Assembly (NCBI GenBank): GCA_900552235.1 | Contig: URYZ01000002.1 | Location: forward strand, 1 to 55,842 | Length of the DNA: 55,842 nt | Source: an uncultured Mycoplasmatota bacterium | Lineage (GTDB): Bacteria; Bacillota_I; Bacilli_A; RF39; UBA660 | Direction: 5' to 3' | In this document: piece by piece, positions 43,878-53,438 of the stretch | Numbering within the stretch: position 1 is the first letter of the stretch | How the letters are laid out: every line of letters starts with the position of its first letter | Made by a program: the position numbers and the translations under genes | The notes under the pieces: generated by a model | Database searches by the model: none | What the model saw: only the letters and a program-made list of their open reading frames with translations | Told to the model about the DNA's origin: nothing

Positions 43878-45010
43878 AAAAAATAAAAATTATTTTAATT
43901 TTAGTTTTAACTATTTTAATAAGTGGTTGTTCTTATAAAGAACTTAATGATTTAGCTATTGCAAGTGCTTTAGGTATTGATTATGAAAATAATGAATATA
44001 TTATAAGTGCTCAAATAATGGAACTTAAAAAACAAGAAAAAGAAGATACTTCTAGTGCTTTAATTTATTTAGGAAAAGGGAAAACTATTTCTGAAGCATT
44101 AAGAAATATTAGTTTAAAATATCCAAATTACTTATATTTAGGACATCTTGAATTAATAATAATAGGAAAAGGAGAAATTAATCATGGAATTAATAACTCA
44201 CTTGATTATTTTATTAGAACATCTGATGCTAGAAATGATGCTTTAATTTTAGTAAGTACAAAAAATAAAGCTTATGAAATAATAAATCCAAATGAAGAAA
44301 CTAAAGAAGAATTTCCTGTTAAAGATATTGTAACAACAATTAGAAATAGTAAAGAAAGAAATGGACTTGTTATTGAAAAAAACTATGAAGAATTAATAAA
44401 TGATTACTTAGAAAGAGGTATTAGTCAAATTTTAACTACTATTGAAAATGAAAAAGATGAAAACGATAATTATAAAGACACCATCCTTTCTAATATTGCT
44501 GTTTTTGAAAAAGGAAAATATGTAAAAGATTTAGATAAAGAAAGCGCTATTTCTTATAACTTAATAAACAATAATTTTGATAATGTATCCATTGATATTA
44601 TATATAACAATAAAGATGTAAGCGTTAGTTTAATTAAGCCTAAATGTAGTTTAGATTTAAAACTAGATAATGATAAAGTAATAGTAAACATTAATATTAA
44701 TGTTGAAGAAGGAGTTTTAAATATAAATGATAAAAAAACTTTATTAGATAAAAATTTTTTAAAAGATATAGAGAATATAACAAAGAAAAAAGTTGAAAGT
44801 TATATAAATAATCTTATAAATTTTAATATAGAAAATAACACCGATGTTCTAGGACTTAAAAATATAATATATAAAAAATATCATAAATCTTATAAAAAGT
44901 TTAAAGATAAAAATATATATGAAATAGCAAAAATAAATATAAATACTAATGTTCACTTATATAAGTATGGAAATATATATAAAAGTTTCTCAGGAGGAAG
45001 CCATGAATAA
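43874..45010 (+). CDS. spore germinant receptor subunit C (Ger(x)C lipoprotein)
   Basis: It has the lipobox LTILISGCS. ELNDLAIASALGIDYE is the typical GerAC N-terminal motif. It overlaps the A subunit in an ATGA. Confidence 0.85.
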   Translation: MKKIKIILILVLTILISGCSYKELNDLAIASALGIDYENNEYIISAQIMELKKQEKEDTSSALIYLGKGKTISEALRNISLKYPNYLYLGHLELIIIGKGEINHGINNSLDYFIRTSDARNDALILVSTKNKAYEIINPNEETKEEFPVKDIVTTIRNSKERNGLVIEKNYEELINDYLERGISQILTTIENEKDENDNYKDTILSNIAVFEKGKYVKDLDKESAISYNLINNNFDNVSIDIIYNNKDVSVSLIKPKCSLDLKLDNDKVIVNININVEEGVLNINDKKTLLDKNFLKDIENITKKKVESYINNLINFNIENNTDVLGLKNIIYKKYHKSYKKFKDKNIYEIAKININTNVHLYKYGNIYKSFSGGSHE

Positions 45011-46106
45011 TAAAGAAAAAATTGGTACAACAGAATTAACCTTTTTAGTAATGTCTATTTGCTTAGCTCTTTTCCCCGCTTTTGGAACAGCAACCGTTAT
45101 TAATTATGGGAAAAACACCGCTATTATATCCGTTATAATAGGAAGTATAATTGGTCTTATTCCTTTATTTATGATTTTATATATAACAAAATTCACTACC
45201 GATAAAAATATTTTAGAAGTGAATGATGAAAAATTTAAAATGTTTGGAAAATTTATAAATATTTTATATTTTATTGGCATCGTCTTTATTGGTTTTTGTA
45301 TTTCTTGGCAAGTAATAAATTTTACAATAAGTCATCTTTTAACAAGAACTTCTTATTATGTTGTTGGAATAATCCTTTTTTCAGTTATGTCTTATGCTAT
45401 TGTAAAAGGAAACGAAGTTATTTTAAGAAGTAATTTAATTCTTACTATGCTTGGAAGTGTTCTGTTTATATTTATTTTTATCTTTTTAATACCAAAGATA
45501 AAAATAGATAATTTTTTACCAATTATTAACGTTAAAAAAGCCTCTGTTATTAGTACAGCATTAATCGTACCTACTTTTATGGTGTATCCTTTAATATCTA
45601 TTCTTTGTATAAAAAAAGATGAAGTTAATGATAAAAGCAAATACAATAAATCCATTATAAAAGGCTATACTTTGGTAGTTATTATAATTATTGTATTTAT
45701 AATTTTTATAATAGGAATATATGGATCTAATATGGCAAGTTTATTTACCTTTCCTGAATACTATATCTTTAAAAAAATAAAAGCGTTTGATTTTATCTCA
45801 AGAATAGAAAATATTGCCGCCGCCTTAATTTATATAAGTTTCTTTGGAAATATGGCATCACTTATGAATTTTGCTAAAACTTGTGTAAAAAAAGCTTTAA
45901 ATCTTAAAAATGTTAGAGTAATAAATTTAGCAACTTATATTTTATCTATACTTGTTCCTATTTTAAGTATAATATTTTTTAAAAAATATCAGCATTTACA
46001 AATATTAAAATATTATCCAATAATATCAAGTATTTTACTAATTGCTTTAATAATTAATTTTATTTTACTATTTATAGCAAAGAAAAAAAATAATCTTTAT
46101 CCTTAG
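45003..46106 (+). CDS. spore germinant receptor subunit B (APC-type permease-like)
   Basis: The ATG at 45003 follows a GGAGGAAG SD. MNNKEKIGTTELTFLV is followed by about 10 TM segments. Confidence 0.85.
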   Translation: MNNKEKIGTTELTFLVMSICLALFPAFGTATVINYGKNTAIISVIIGSIIGLIPLFMILYITKFTTDKNILEVNDEKFKMFGKFINILYFIGIVFIGFCISWQVINFTISHLLTRTSYYVVGIILFSVMSYAIVKGNEVILRSNLILTMLGSVLFIFIFIFLIPKIKIDNFLPIINVKKASVISTALIVPTFMVYPLISILCIKKDEVNDKSKYNKSIIKGYTLVVIIIIVFIIFIIGIYGSNMASLFTFPEYYIFKKIKAFDFISRIENIAAALIYISFFGNMASLMNFAKTCVKKALNLKNVRVINLATYILSILVPILSIIFFKKYQHLQILKYYPIISSILLIALIINFILLFIAKKKNNLYP

Positions 46107-46107
46107 A

Positions 46108-46518
46108 TTATTTTTTTATTCTTTTTAAACTATTTTTAATATCTTTTACTTCACTTTTTGTACTAAAACTATTTATTAATTTTTTAAATGTTTCTAATTC
46201 TTCATTAGTTAATTCTTTATAATTATAGATTACACTTAATTCTTCTTTTTTAATATGAGTATAACATTCTGCAACAAGTAAACCTTCTTTATATTCACCA
46301 TATAAATAAAACGATAAATCATTAGAAGTTAATAAATCAGTTAATATCCTTTTATTATTTATTATTTTTTCTTCACATACTAAATATAAAGGTAATTTTT
46401 TATATAATTTTTCATCTTTGTTTTTAACAAATGACTTAAAATCTAAATAAATAGGATAATCATCAATAAATTTTTCTACTATTTTTATTTTATCAAGTGG
46501 TATAAATACATATTCCAT
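46108..46518 (-). CDS. hypothetical protein
   Basis: The ATG at 46518 follows an AGGTGA SD. The protein is 136 aa, with no recognisable motif and no TM segment. Confidence 0.5.
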   Translation of the reverse strand: MEYVFIPLDKIKIVEKFIDDYPIYLDFKSFVKNKDEKLYKKLPLYLVCEEKIINNKRILTDLLTSNDLSFYLYGEYKEGLLVAECYTHIKKEELSVIYNYKELTNEELETFKKLINSFSTKSEVKDIKNSLKRIKK

Positions 46519-46561
46519 TAAAATCACCTAGTTAATATAATAATTTTAAAAATACTTTTTG

Positions 46562-46993
46562 TCAACAATATTTTATTTTACAAAATTCACTTAATTTAAT
46601 TATTTCTAATTCATTTAAATCTTTTATGTTTATATAAAACTTATTTCCTTTTTTATATGTTTTTTTATTATTATTAAAAATAAAAAAGTCATCACTTTCT
46701 AAAAGTATTTTACTATCATAAAGTATATTTATTTTTAAATCGCAAAAATCTGGAAAAAAGTCTAAATCATCTTCTTTAATACATTCAAATATTAATCCAT
46801 ACAAGTCATTTTGATATATTTTTATTTTATAATAACCTGATAACTTTATTTTATAAATTTTTCTTATCCTTATTAATAAATCTTTAATGTTTTCTTCTAT
46901 ATCTTTTCTATTTTTCATATCATAATTTATTAAATATTTATTAACATAAATAATAAAATTATCATTTTTTATATCAACTTTCAAAATAATCAC
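46562..46993 (-). CDS. hypothetical protein
   Basis: This 143-aa ORF has an uncertain start (GTG or TTG next to AAGGGTGA). It has no recognisable motif. Confidence 0.45.
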   Translation of the reverse strand: MIILKVDIKNDNFIIYVNKYLINYDMKNRKDIEENIKDLLIRIRKIYKIKLSGYYKIKIYQNDLYGLIFECIKEDDLDFFPDFCDLKINILYDSKILLESDDFFIFNNNKKTYKKGNKFYINIKDLNELEIIKLSEFCKIKYC

Positions 46994-47028
46994 CCTTAAA
47001 TATCTAATTTATTGTATGAAAAAAGAAA

Positions 47029-47646
47029 CTATAATGTTTCAGTTTCTTCTTTATTTTCATTTAAATTTAATAATTCATCAAGATACTTTAAAACAGGTTC
47101 TTTACCTAAAGTTGTTTCACTTGAAAACAAAAATATATTATCCTCTTCTTTTAATTTTAATGTATCAATAATTAATTTTTTATGTTTTTCTCTTTTAGTA
47201 GTTGCTATTTTATCTGCTTTTGTAGCAATAATTGTAACAGGCAAATTATAATATTTTAAAAAGTTATACATTAAAATATCATCTTCACTTGGTTTATGTC
47301 TTAAATCAACCAGTAAAAAAGTTCTTTTTAAATTTTCTCGTTTTTCTAAGTATTCTTCAATCATTAATCCGAATTTTTTTTGTTCTTTTTTACTTACTGA
47401 AGCATAACCATAACCTGGAACATCAACAAAATAAAATAAATCATTTAATAAATAAAAGTTTAAATTTCTTGTTTTTCCTGGAGTGCTTGATGTTCTAGCT
47501 AACTTTTTTCTACCTGTTATAGTATTAATAAAACTTGATTTACCAACATTACTTCTACCTACAAGTAAAAATTCAGCTTTTTTGTCTTCTGGATATTGAC
47601 TTCTTCTAACAGCACTTACAACAAGTTCAGTTGTATTAATCTTCAT
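47029..47646 (-). CDS. engB: ribosome-biogenesis GTPase YsxC/EngB
   Basis: It has GRSNVGKSSFIN, DVPGYGYA and TKADK G-motifs. Its start overlaps the 3' end of nrnA. Confidence 0.9.
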   Translation of the reverse strand: MKINTTELVVSAVRRSQYPEDKKAEFLLVGRSNVGKSSFINTITGRKKLARTSSTPGKTRNLNFYLLNDLFYFVDVPGYGYASVSKKEQKKFGLMIEEYLEKRENLKRTFLLVDLRHKPSEDDILMYNFLKYYNLPVTIIATKADKIATTKREKHKKLIIDTLKLKEEDNIFLFSSETTLGKEPVLKYLDELLNLNENKEETETL

Positions 47647-48598
47647 ATACTTCACTTTCCTTTATATATTTTTCACATGCTTTATCTAAATCTTTTATTA
47701 AATATTCAACTTCTTCAAATGAAACAAGTCTTGCTCCACTTGCAAGTTTATGCCCTCCACCATTATATTTTTCGGCAATTTTATTAATTTCAGGACCACG
47801 AGATCTTATTGATACTCTTATACAACCATTTCTTGTATCTTCTATTGCACTAAGCCATACAAGAAGTTCATCAACATTATTAAATTCATTTATTGCTCCC
47901 CCACTTGATGCTGAATCAATATCATATTTACTCATTATTTCATCAGTTATTTTAATATATCCAACACCATTTTCTGTTACTTTCATATTCATTGCCATAT
48001 AGCCTTTTAATCTAATTTCATTAAGAGGTCTTCTGTAAAGTTTAGCATAAAGTTCTGTTATATCAAAATTATATGTTTTTATAAGATCTCCTATACAATA
48101 GAAAGTATCACTTGTTGTATTGTTAAACAAAAATCTTTCTGTATCTGATGCTATGCCTAAAAATATTATTTCTGCAATTTCTTTATTCATTTTAAGTGGT
48201 GTATTTTTTATTAAATCATAAACCATTTCTGATGCACTTGATTTTTCTTCATCAATAAGCTCAATATCACAATATTTTTCAATAAATGGATGATGATCTA
48301 TTTTAATACTGTAAGTATAATTATTAAAATCTCCAAGATCAAGTCTTTTTAAATCTGGTGTATCTACTGAAATTAATAAACAATCATCAAGACCTTCAGG
48401 TATTTTATCCATATGTCCTATATAATTAAATCTAACTGTTCCTGTCCCTATTTCATATACTTTTTTATTTGGAAAAGTAAGTTCAATCGTTTTTTTAAGA
48501 GCAGTTTGACTTGCCATAGCATCAGGATCAACTTTAATATGCCTTGCTATTACAATGTTTTCATATTTTTTTATTTGTTTATAAATACTTTTATACAT
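47636..48598 (-). CDS. nrnA: DHH/DHHA1 phosphoesterase (NrnA-type nanoRNase / pAp phosphatase)
   Basis: It has DPDAMAS, IKIDHHPF (DHH) and GGGHKLASGA (DHHA1) motifs. Confidence 0.85.
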   Translation of the reverse strand: MYKSIYKQIKKYENIVIARHIKVDPDAMASQTALKKTIELTFPNKKVYEIGTGTVRFNYIGHMDKIPEGLDDCLLISVDTPDLKRLDLGDFNNYTYSIKIDHHPFIEKYCDIELIDEEKSSASEMVYDLIKNTPLKMNKEIAEIIFLGIASDTERFLFNNTTSDTFYCIGDLIKTYNFDITELYAKLYRRPLNEIRLKGYMAMNMKVTENGVGYIKITDEIMSKYDIDSASSGGAINEFNNVDELLVWLSAIEDTRNGCIRVSIRSRGPEINKIAEKYNGGGHKLASGARLVSFEEVEYLIKDLDKACEKYIKESEVYED

Positions 48599-48615
48599 TT
48601 AATAACACCTAAATT

Positions 48616-49794
48616 CTATTTTACTAAAAAGTATGTATCTTTAGCAATCATTAATTCTTCATCTGTTGGAATTACCCATACATCAATTTTAGAATCATCA
48701 TCACTTATTTTAATTTCTTCTCCGCGAGTATTATTATTTTCTTCATTTAATGTAACTCCAAGAACTTTTAAGCCTTCGATTATTTCTTTTCTAGTTTGAA
48801 TACCATTTTCACCAACACCTGCGGTAAAGATAATTGCATCACATCCACCAAGTTCTACATAATATTTAGCAATGTAATCTATTACTCTTCTTACATACAT
48901 TTTATTAGCTAAAATACATCTTTCATTTCCCTGTTTTATACCATCTTCAATATCTCTAGCATCACTTGATACACCACTTATTCCTAAAAGACCACTTTCT
49001 TTATTTAAAATAATATCAATTTCACTTGATGTTTTTCCTAATGTTTTTTCCATATATGGAATAATCGAAGCATCAATATCTCCAGAACGTGATCCCATAA
49101 CAAGCCCTGCATTTGGTGTAAATCCCATTGAAGTATTAAGACATTTGCCATTTAATACTGCACTTATACTTCCACCATTTCCAATATGACATGTAATTAA
49201 TTTAGTATCATTTCTTCCAAGAATTTCATTCATTCGCATAGAAACATATCTATGACTAGTTCCATGAAAACCATATCTTCTTACATCATATTTTGTATAC
49301 CATTCATATGGAACAGCATATAAAAAGTTTTCTTCAGGCATTGTTTGATGGAATGCTGTATCAAAAACTACTACTCCTTTTGCATTAGGAAGTGTTTCAT
49401 TTGCAGCTTTTATACCTGTTATAGTCGCAGGATTATGAAGTGGCGCAATTGAAATATATTTTTCTAAATTGTTAATAACTTCTTCATCTGCAAATACTGC
49501 TTTATTATATAATGCTCCACCTTGAACTGCACGATGACCTATTCCTTTTATTTCTTCTAAACTAGTAACAACTTTATTTTCTAAAAGTTCACTTACTAAA
49601 TAATTAAAAGCATCTTTGTGATTTTTTAATTCTACTTCTTTTTTAATCTTTTCTCCATTGTATTTAATTGTATAAAAACTACCTTCTATACCTATTCTTT
49701 CAAATACCCCAGAAATTAATAAATTTTCTTCAGGCATTTCATATAATCTAAATTTAAGTGATGAACTACCTGCATTAACTGATAATATTTTCAT
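48616..49794 (-). CDS. ackA: acetate kinase
   Basis: It has MKILSVNAGSSSLKF, GHRAVQGG, FHGTSH and IPTDEE motifs. Confidence 0.95.
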   Translation of the reverse strand: MKILSVNAGSSSLKFRLYEMPEENLLISGVFERIGIEGSFYTIKYNGEKIKKEVELKNHKDAFNYLVSELLENKVVTSLEEIKGIGHRAVQGGALYNKAVFADEEVINNLEKYISIAPLHNPATITGIKAANETLPNAKGVVVFDTAFHQTMPEENFLYAVPYEWYTKYDVRRYGFHGTSHRYVSMRMNEILGRNDTKLITCHIGNGGSISAVLNGKCLNTSMGFTPNAGLVMGSRSGDIDASIIPYMEKTLGKTSSEIDIILNKESGLLGISGVSSDARDIEDGIKQGNERCILANKMYVRRVIDYIAKYYVELGGCDAIIFTAGVGENGIQTRKEIIEGLKVLGVTLNEENNNTRGEEIKISDDDSKIDVWVIPTDEELMIAKDTYFLVK

Positions 49795-49918
49795 ATAAAT
49801 TCCTCTTTTCTACATAACTATAATAACATAAAATATGTAAAATTTCCAATAAATATTTATTTAACTTTCTATAAATAATATTTTATAATATAATTAAAGT
49901 ATAAAAAGGAGGAAATAT

Positions 49919-50638
49919 ATGAAAAAAAATAAAATACTTGTAACATTTTTAATTATATTTATTGTAATTTCATTCTTACTTGGAAGTTACATCATTTATA
50001 AAGAATACTTTAAAGATAACAAATGTGATGATCCAAAATCAGAAATTAAGGAAAATACTAACTATGTTGTTGATTTAGTAAATGTAAAAAAAGAACTTAA
50101 ATATGTTGGTTCTTGTAGTATCGAAGGTGGTAAAGGAAACATTGATGTCAAATTACCTAAGATTAATATTGATACTACCAATGCAAAGAAACTTAATAAT
50201 TTAATTCAAACAGATTATAAAAAAGAATATGAAATCTCATCTAAAGATGAAACTAATATGGCTTATATTGATTCTTCATATAAATATGTCGTTAGAAATA
50301 ATATTATTTTCTTATATGTTGAATCTACTTTAAATATAGGTTGTGGAAGTGGTAGTGAAACAACTAAAAATTATTATTTTGATATTAAAAATGATAAAAT
50401 CTTAACAACTGAAGAAGGATTTAAAAAAGCAGGATATTCTTTAGATGATTTAAGAACTGAAGCTTATAAATCATGGAACTATCAATATACATGTGAAAAT
50501 GGTGAAGTTAAAACTGTTGAAGAAAGTATTTCTCCATGGGATATAACTTTTGATATGTGTGATAAAAATGCATGTGGATGCGGATTAAAAATTATTAATG
50601 AAAATCTTTTAATATATTATGTTAAAGAATGTGCTTAA
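49919..50638 (+). CDS. membrane-anchored Cys-rich hypothetical protein
   Basis: The SD is AAAGGAGGA. There is an N-terminal TM segment and an extracytoplasmic domain with 9 Cys. I did not recognise the family. Confidence 0.6.
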   Translation: MKKNKILVTFLIIFIVISFLLGSYIIYKEYFKDNKCDDPKSEIKENTNYVVDLVNVKKELKYVGSCSIEGGKGNIDVKLPKINIDTTNAKKLNNLIQTDYKKEYEISSKDETNMAYIDSSYKYVVRNNIIFLYVESTLNIGCGSGSETTKNYYFDIKNDKILTTEEGFKKAGYSLDDLRTEAYKSWNYQYTCENGEVKTVEESISPWDITFDMCDKNACGCGLKIINENLLIYYVKECA

Positions 50639-50644
50639 AACTTT

Positions 50645-50676
50645 AAAAAATGCAAAATTAAATTTGCATTTTTTTA
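50645..50676. terminator. bidirectional rho-independent terminator
   Basis: The stem AAAAAATGCAAA / TTTGCATTTTTT lies between the convergent genes 49919-50638 and 50674-51228. Confidence 0.75.
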
Positions 50677-51228
50677 TTTGCAAGTAACAACTAATCTTAA
50701 ATCATCACTTACACAAGTAAGAAGAATAATAACTCTTTCATCACCTCCTTCAAATATAGAATAATCATCTTTTTTAATTATTTTTTTAGAAACAACTTTA
50801 TACTTATAAGTATAAAATTTACTTCCAATAATTACCTCATCACCTATTTTAAGTTTATTTAAATTTTTAAAAACATAAATATTATTATGACCTGCTAGTA
50901 AAGTTATACCTGTTTTACTATCAAGATCTTTTAAATCTTTATATAACCCTACAACATTTTTATTTAAAATATTATCACTTGTGCCTAACATAATAAATTT
51001 ATTTATATTATATTTATCTATTTTTATATATCCTATATAATTATTATTTTTCATTAATAAATCTTTCTCTTTTATTATTGGTGGTCTTTTATAATTATTT
51101 TCTATTTTTGTTGTTATTATATAATTTTTATTATAATTATATTTAAAATAATTATATATTGCTATACTACTTACTATACTTAACATAATTATTAATACTA
51201 ATTTAATTATCTTTATACTTTTTTTCAT
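50674..51228 (-). CDS. sortase-family transpeptidase
   Basis: It has an N-terminal TM anchor, His in LLAGHNN, Cys in ILLTCV, and Arg in DDLRLVV. It overlaps the 3' end of the adhesin gene. Confidence 0.8.
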   Translation of the reverse strand: MKKSIKIIKLVLIIMLSIVSSIAIYNYFKYNYNKNYIITTKIENNYKRPPIIKEKDLLMKNNNYIGYIKIDKYNINKFIMLGTSDNILNKNVVGLYKDLKDLDSKTGITLLAGHNNIYVFKNLNKLKIGDEVIIGSKFYTYKYKVVSKKIIKKDDYSIFEGGDERVIILLTCVSDDLRLVVTCK

Positions 51229-53239
51229 ATAAACCAATACTTATATTTATTAATATTATAATTATTCCACTTAAATAATTTATATTTATAGATTTACTTG
51301 TATTAGGCATTTCTATTTTATTATTTATAACTTCAAAAGTTAAAAGTTCATTATTTAATATCTCAAACTCTATTATTTCATCATTTTTTATATAACCATA
51401 AGGAGCTTTTAACTCTTTTAAATAATAACTTCCTGCTTTTATATTCTCTATTTTTATAATTCCTTCGTTATTAGTTGTTTCTTTATAAATTAAATTATCA
51501 TTGTTATCATATATTCCAAATGTAGCATCTTTTAAAAGATTTAAATTATTAGATTTTTTTATTATTTCAAGATTACCTAATATTCTTTCATTTTCTAAAT
51601 TAAAATCATATATTTTACCATTTTCTTTTATTTCAAAATAATGTTTTGTATTATCTAATTTATAATACTTAGGACTTTCTTTTTCTACAAAATAATACTT
51701 TCCAAGTTCCATATTTTCTATTTTTATAATACCTTTATTATTAGTTGTTTCTTCATATAATAGATTATCATTATTATCATAAATCATAATAACAGCATTA
51801 CTTAAACTTGTTTTAGTATCTTTATCTATTTTATTAATTATTAAAGTTGGCTTTTTAATATTTTTTAAATTATAAATATAATCTTTACTTTCTTCGATAA
51901 TAACTTCAAAATCATTAGTAAATATATAATTTTCTTTTCCTTTAGTTTGTTTTATTTTATATTTGCCATATTCTAAAATTTTACTTGTCTTACCATTTTT
52001 ATTAGTTTTTAATGAAGATATTAAATTATCATTATTATCATAAATATCAAAACAAGCACCTTCTTCACTTACATAATCATAACCACTTCCACCATATAAC
52101 TTATTTATAATAAGATTACCTTTTATTTTATTATTCTCTATAGTAATAATAGGTTTATTATTTTCTTTTGATATTTCAAAATAATACTTTTTTTCATTTA
52201 ATTCATATCCTCTTGTAGGAGTTTTTTCTTTTAAATAATAACTTCCATTTTCTAATGTAATTATTTCTTCTTCTTTAGTTATTTCTATATCTTTTATTAA
52301 ATTATCATTATTATCATATAAAGATATAATACTCCCTATTAATTTATCATTAAATGTTTTTTCATCCTTATCAATTTTTTTTAAAATTAACTCTCCATCA
52401 TAAATATTCACATTAACATAAGATGTTTTATAATTATTAACATTTCCTCTTGTTATAACATCTTGAACATTATTACTTTTAAGAAGATAAAAATCATTAC
52501 TTACTTCTTGTTTTTCCAAGATAAGTTTTTCTTTCGTTTTCTCAAGCGCTGTTATTTCTAATTTATTATCTTTTTTAATAACTTTAATATTATTAGTTGG
52601 TTTAATATTAAACTTATATAAAACATTATTTGTATCTTCTAAAGTTATTTTATCTCCCACGAAAAGATTTAATTCTTCACTATCAAAACTTGGTAATATA
52701 GAATGATTATAAACAAGAGTTAAAAGTTCACTAACTTCGCTAAAATGTAAACTTGCTTTTATTCCTCCATACCTACCTGTTTTAAACGTCCAAGTAACAT
52801 CAGGTCTTATTGTTCGCCATATTAATACTTGTGTTATTCCATACCATTTTTTTGATGTATGATTATATTTTTCATCTTTATAACCATATCCATAATAAGC
52901 AAGTAATTTTATTCTTGTTAATGTGTTTTCATCAATTTTAAGTTTGCTTATAATGTCTTTTTCACTTACTATTTTATTATAACTATTGGCTTTACTTTCA
53001 TTTAAAAAAGGCATATGTGTTGCAGGATCTATACAATAATAAATATAGTTATTAGCAGTAGATTTTATAATCCATCCATTATAATCAAGACTATTATAAG
53101 TTACATCTTTGGCAAATACATCTACCCCACTTAAAGTATATCCATCCATATAAATTTTTCCATCATTTGCAAGTACATTTATATTTATACTAAACAAACT
53201 TATTAAAAATATTATTATTTTAAAAATTAATTTTTTCAT
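51203..53239 (-). CDS. surface adhesin: signal peptide, thioester (TQxA) domain, 4 SpaA/Cna-B-like repeats, MPNTS sorting signal
   Basis: IYYCIDP (Cys69, 53035-53033) and GITQVLIW (Gln136) match the Cys-Gln thioester-domain signatures. There are four ~90-aa repeats, each with (I/L)YDNNDNL ... GxYYxxE ... YxxxxxxxxFEI. The C-terminus is MPNTS, a hydrophobic helix, and a KKYK tail. Confidence 0.8.
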   Translation of the reverse strand: MKKLIFKIIIFLISLFSININVLANDGKIYMDGYTLSGVDVFAKDVTYNSLDYNGWIIKSTANNYIYYCIDPATHMPFLNESKANSYNKIVSEKDIISKLKIDENTLTRIKLLAYYGYGYKDEKYNHTSKKWYGITQVLIWRTIRPDVTWTFKTGRYGGIKASLHFSEVSELLTLVYNHSILPSFDSEELNLFVGDKITLEDTNNVLYKFNIKPTNNIKVIKKDNKLEITALEKTKEKLILEKQEVSNDFYLLKSNNVQDVITRGNVNNYKTSYVNVNIYDGELILKKIDKDEKTFNDKLIGSIISLYDNNDNLIKDIEITKEEEIITLENGSYYLKEKTPTRGYELNEKKYYFEISKENNKPIITIENNKIKGNLIINKLYGGSGYDYVSEEGACFDIYDNNDNLISSLKTNKNGKTSKILEYGKYKIKQTKGKENYIFTNDFEVIIEESKDYIYNLKNIKKPTLIINKIDKDTKTSLSNAVIMIYDNNDNLLYEETTNNKGIIKIENMELGKYYFVEKESPKYYKLDNTKHYFEIKENGKIYDFNLENERILGNLEIIKKSNNLNLLKDATFGIYDNNDNLIYKETTNNEGIIKIENIKAGSYYLKELKAPYGYIKNDEIIEFEILNNELLTFEVINNKIEMPNTSKSININYLSGIIIILINISIGLYEKKYKDN

Positions 53240-53323
53240 ATTATTTCTCCTTTCAAATTAATTTTGTCTACTAGACTAACACACTAAAAAATGCTTTGCA
53301 AACGGCCAAATTTTACTTTTCAA

Positions 53324-53357
53324 GCACAAAAAAAGACGAATTTTTAAAATTCATCTT
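53324..53357 (-). terminator. rho-independent terminator after the 597-aa gene
   Basis: On the minus strand the stem is AAGATGAATTT / AAATTCGTCTT with one G-U pair, followed by a T7 run. Confidence 0.6.
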
Positions 53358-53438
53358 AGAGCAATTTTTAAATTTGATACCATGAAATTTATAATATTTT
53401 GTCGAAACTGCTATTTTACCCTATTTTTAAATTTTTTA

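Noticed and set aside
3720-48799. Short antisense or overlapping track ORFs: 3720-3965, 11838-12197, 12562-12957, 17512-17745, 23740-23970, 25659-25895, 26698-26967, 30508-30717, 37995-38318, 45392-45655, 47012-47251, 47289-47498, 47596-47787, 48413-48799.
   Set aside because: Each lies mostly or wholly inside, and opposite to, a longer ORF or strong regulatory region with a clear identity. Their composition is low-complexity and hydrophobic, and they have no ribosome-binding sites.
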